DNA of 64,000 nucleotides. It comes from Zootoca vivipara. Its lineage: Eukaryota. The stretch is taken from assembly GCF_963506605.1 (NCBI RefSeq), contig NC_083280.1, positions 44,826,001 through 44,890,000 on the forward strand, in the 5' to 3' direction. Numbering within the stretch: the first letter of the stretch is position 1; each line of letters opens with the position of its first letter. Below are positions 61,535-64,000 of the stretch, one piece after another. Made by a program: the position numbers and the translations under genes. The notes beneath the pieces are model-generated. The model was not told the origin of the DNA and ran no database searches. It saw only the letters and a program-made list of their open reading frames with translations.

Positions 61535-61725
61535 GATGTTGGGAAAGATTGAGGGCACTAGGAGAAGGGGACGACAGAGGACGAGATGGTTGGACAGTGT
61601 TCTCGAAGCTACCAACATGAGTTTGACCAAACTGCGAGAGGCAGTGGAAGACAGGAGTGCCTGGCGTGCTATGGTCCATGGGGTCACGAAGAGTAGGACA
61701 CGACTAAACGACTAAACAACAACAA
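61535..61725 (+). mobile_element. BovB LINE 3' fragment
   Basis: Encodes MLGKIEGTRRRGRQRTRWLDSVLEATNMSLTKLREAVEDRSAWRAMVHGVTKSRTRLND*; (CAA)n tail. Confidence 0.94.
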
Positions 61726-62317
61726 TTAAAGATTCCTTCCTGGTAAAATGCCTTCTAATCCCTCTTATAAACACAAGAATCTGATTAACGTTAATATAAA
61801 AGTAGTTTACTCACAGATTCATTCAGGTTCACAGACGCATCCCTGAAGGCAAGCTTAGGTTACATAACAACTAGAACTATTCCATAAAGAAGTTAGTCCC
61901 AACTTAGTGACTGCGACTAAGCAGTCACTTCTCCAAACACACAGCAACCTACAAAATGAAGAAAACACACTGAACAGAACATGGAGGCTGTGTGCTCCTT
62001 CATGCTAGTACAACAGACCACACCCTCTTCAAGTCACATGTGGTGGAAGTCTGTCCTAGCTCAGGAAGAAACAGAAAGTCTGCTTCTGAGTGGTACAAAA
62101 CATCACCTAACATGTCCACTGTAGGAATTTTGTACTGTACTTGACTACAGTTTTGCATCCCACAAGTAGACAATGCTGAGCTAGATTGACCAATGGTCCA
62201 ACTTGCTACAAAGCAATTTTTCTATTCAGTAGCTTTTGCACCCACAGGGTTTCAAATACTTTTGTGTTGATATGTCAGAAGAGACTAGAGAGCTAAAGCC
62301 ACTGGAAGGTGAAGCTA

Positions 62318-62604
62318 CAGTGGTGCCTCGCTTAATAAATGCCCTGCTTAACGAAATTTCCGCTTAACGAAAGGATTTTTAGAGCGGAGGTTGCCTCGCT
62401 AGACGAATTCGTTTTATGAAAAATTCGTCTAGCGAATCGCGGTTTCCCATAGGAATGCATTGAAATTCAATTAATGCGTTCCTATGGGCAAAAAAAAAAA
62501 TTCAAAAAAATTCCAATGCATTCCTATGGGATTCGCTAGACGAATTTTTCGTTATAAGAAAAGACCCGTGGAACGAATTAAATTCGTCTAGCGAGGCACC
62601 ACTG
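62318..62604. mobile_element. Tc1/mariner (Tigger-like) MITE, young; same family as 47862-48130
   Basis: TA|cagtggtgcctcgct ... agcgaggcaccactg|TA. Confidence 0.93.
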
Positions 62605-63343
62605 TATAGGGCAATTAACATACTTGTTTTTGTAATGTAAAAGTGGGGGGAAGAAGAACCCAAGCAGTTTCTGAGCTTCTGCAAGTGGGGAGGAGATATT
62701 TAACTCACTCCCTCTTTTTCTCTCTGCCAAGATCCCAGTAGAAACCTTCTCTGGAAGCTGCTATTTGCATTTCAAGGGAAGCACTAATTTTGGGGCCTGT
62801 GTAGGAGGTGGAAAGTATGTGTAGGGGTGGGGGTGGGAAAACCATGTGTCTTTTAAAGAGATAGTTGTCCATTTATTTATTTATTACATACAGTACATAT
62901 TTTTTGCCTACAGCCTTTCCCCTACCCAGAGGTACCAGATTTGGGTGAGCTAGTCTAAAAGACCTTGAAAGCAGCTTGCATATTGAAAACACTCCAGACA
63001 CAATAAAGAGAATGATTGAACACTAGCAGCACCAAAAGCAGCATAAGACACCATGAGAAATCAAGGTCTAAAAATCAGGAGATCTAAAATGCCTGATGCC
63101 AAAAGGACATGGGTCCCTCTGGAAGTCCTACCTGCAGGATGTATGTTTGATTCCCCTGCTGGCTCTTTCAAAATGGGCCTTAACACATTTACTTTTCTAA
63201 TTTGTTTTTAATGGAATATTGCCATGTATAATTATAACTGCTGCTGTTTTACGTTTTAAATTGTGAACCACCTTGAGAGGGCCTTTGACCCTGAAAGGTA
63301 GTATAAATCCTCCCCAAATAATGCAGAACTGAGGTGCCACAAC

Positions 63344-63433
63344 AGAGGAAGAGGAAGAGGAGGAGGAGGAGGAGGAGGAGGAGGAGGAGGAGGAGGAGAA
63401 GAAGAAGAAGAAGAAGAAGAAGAAGAAGAAGAA
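63344..63433. repeat. (GAG)n(GAA)n polypurine microsatellite at an L2 tail
   Basis: Seen in sequence. Confidence 0.95.
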
Positions 63434-63655
63434 AATATTTAAACTCCACCCATCTGGCTGGGTTTCCCCAGCCACTCTGGGTGGCTCCCAATAGAATAGT
63501 AAAAACATAATAAATACATCAAACATTAAAAACTTCCCTAAACAGGGCTGCCTTCAGATGTCTTCTAAAAGTCAGGTGGTTGTTTATTTCCTTCCTTGGC
63601 ATCTGATGGAAGGGCATTCCACAGGGTGGGCGCCACTACCGAGAAGGCCCTCTGC
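63434..63655 (-). mobile_element. L2-like LINE 3' fragment
   Basis: Same family as 24496-24820. Confidence 0.7.
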
Positions 63656-63742
63656 ATCATCCCTGACTACTGGTCCTGTTTGCTAGGGATGATGGGAATT
63701 GTAGTCCCAAACATCTGGAGGGCCGGAGTTTGCCTATGCCTG
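63655..63742. mobile_element. Right half of a hAT palindromic MITE
   Basis: catcatccctgactactggtcc...catctggagggccggagtttgcctatgcctg; the left arm is absent. Confidence 0.8.
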
Positions 63743-64000
63743 ATCTATACCAAGTGATAATGATTATTATATTTCCACTATGTAACATCAAAACCCCAGC
63801 TGTGCAGAACCCATCCATTATCAAATAAATATGATTAAAAAAGAGTGGGCTATTGTTTTTGTTTTGTTTTTTAAATACACTCATACACCAAGTAAGTTAA
63901 CTTTAAATGAAACGCGGTTATTTTAATTACAGACAAAATCCATACTATGATAACATCTGGCACCCAGGGCTAAAGAGCCTCCATTAAGTCCATGCCTCCT

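Noticed and set aside
61726-62112. Second solo LTR
   Set aside because: One end (minus-strand TGTTAGGTGA) and an AGTAAA signal look LTR-like, but I could not define the other end or a TSD, so it is not listed as a feature.
1-64000. Prokaryotic-style systems (operons, CRISPR arrays, defence islands)
   Set aside because: This is spliced vertebrate DNA. There is no regularly spaced repeat-spacer array; the recurring palindromes are dispersed MITEs.

Overview
This is eukaryotic DNA, almost certainly from a squamate reptile; the Sauria SINEs and BovB LINEs point to a lacertid-type lizard. The only host gene I can support is TRIM8 on the + strand. Its coding exons 2-6 are at 8002-8097, 8917-9150, 11704-11735, 12987-13102 and 16962-17569, all with GT-AG boundaries and consistent phases. 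A 3' UTR runs to about 18370. Exon 1 (RING/B-box) lies upstream of the window. The remaining ~45 kb is intergenic and rich in mobile elements: Sauria SINEs, tRNA-derived SINEs with CR1 tails, BovB/RTE/CR1/L1/L2 LINE fragments, many hAT, Tc1/mariner and Harbinger-type MITEs (several with intact TSDs), a solo ERV-like LTR and microsatellites. There is one assembly gap. Nearly all other entries in the ORF track are chance ORFs or LINE remnants. I found no convincing novel biological system. The best leads are a canonical RNA G-quadruplex and miR-17/PUM sites in the TRIM8 3' UTR, candidate enhancers (RFX X-box plus ETS), nested insertions, SINE/LINE partner pairs visible within the window, and a Rex1/Babar-like tail inside an RTE LINE. 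Repeat family names come from my recall of consensus sequences, not from database searches.
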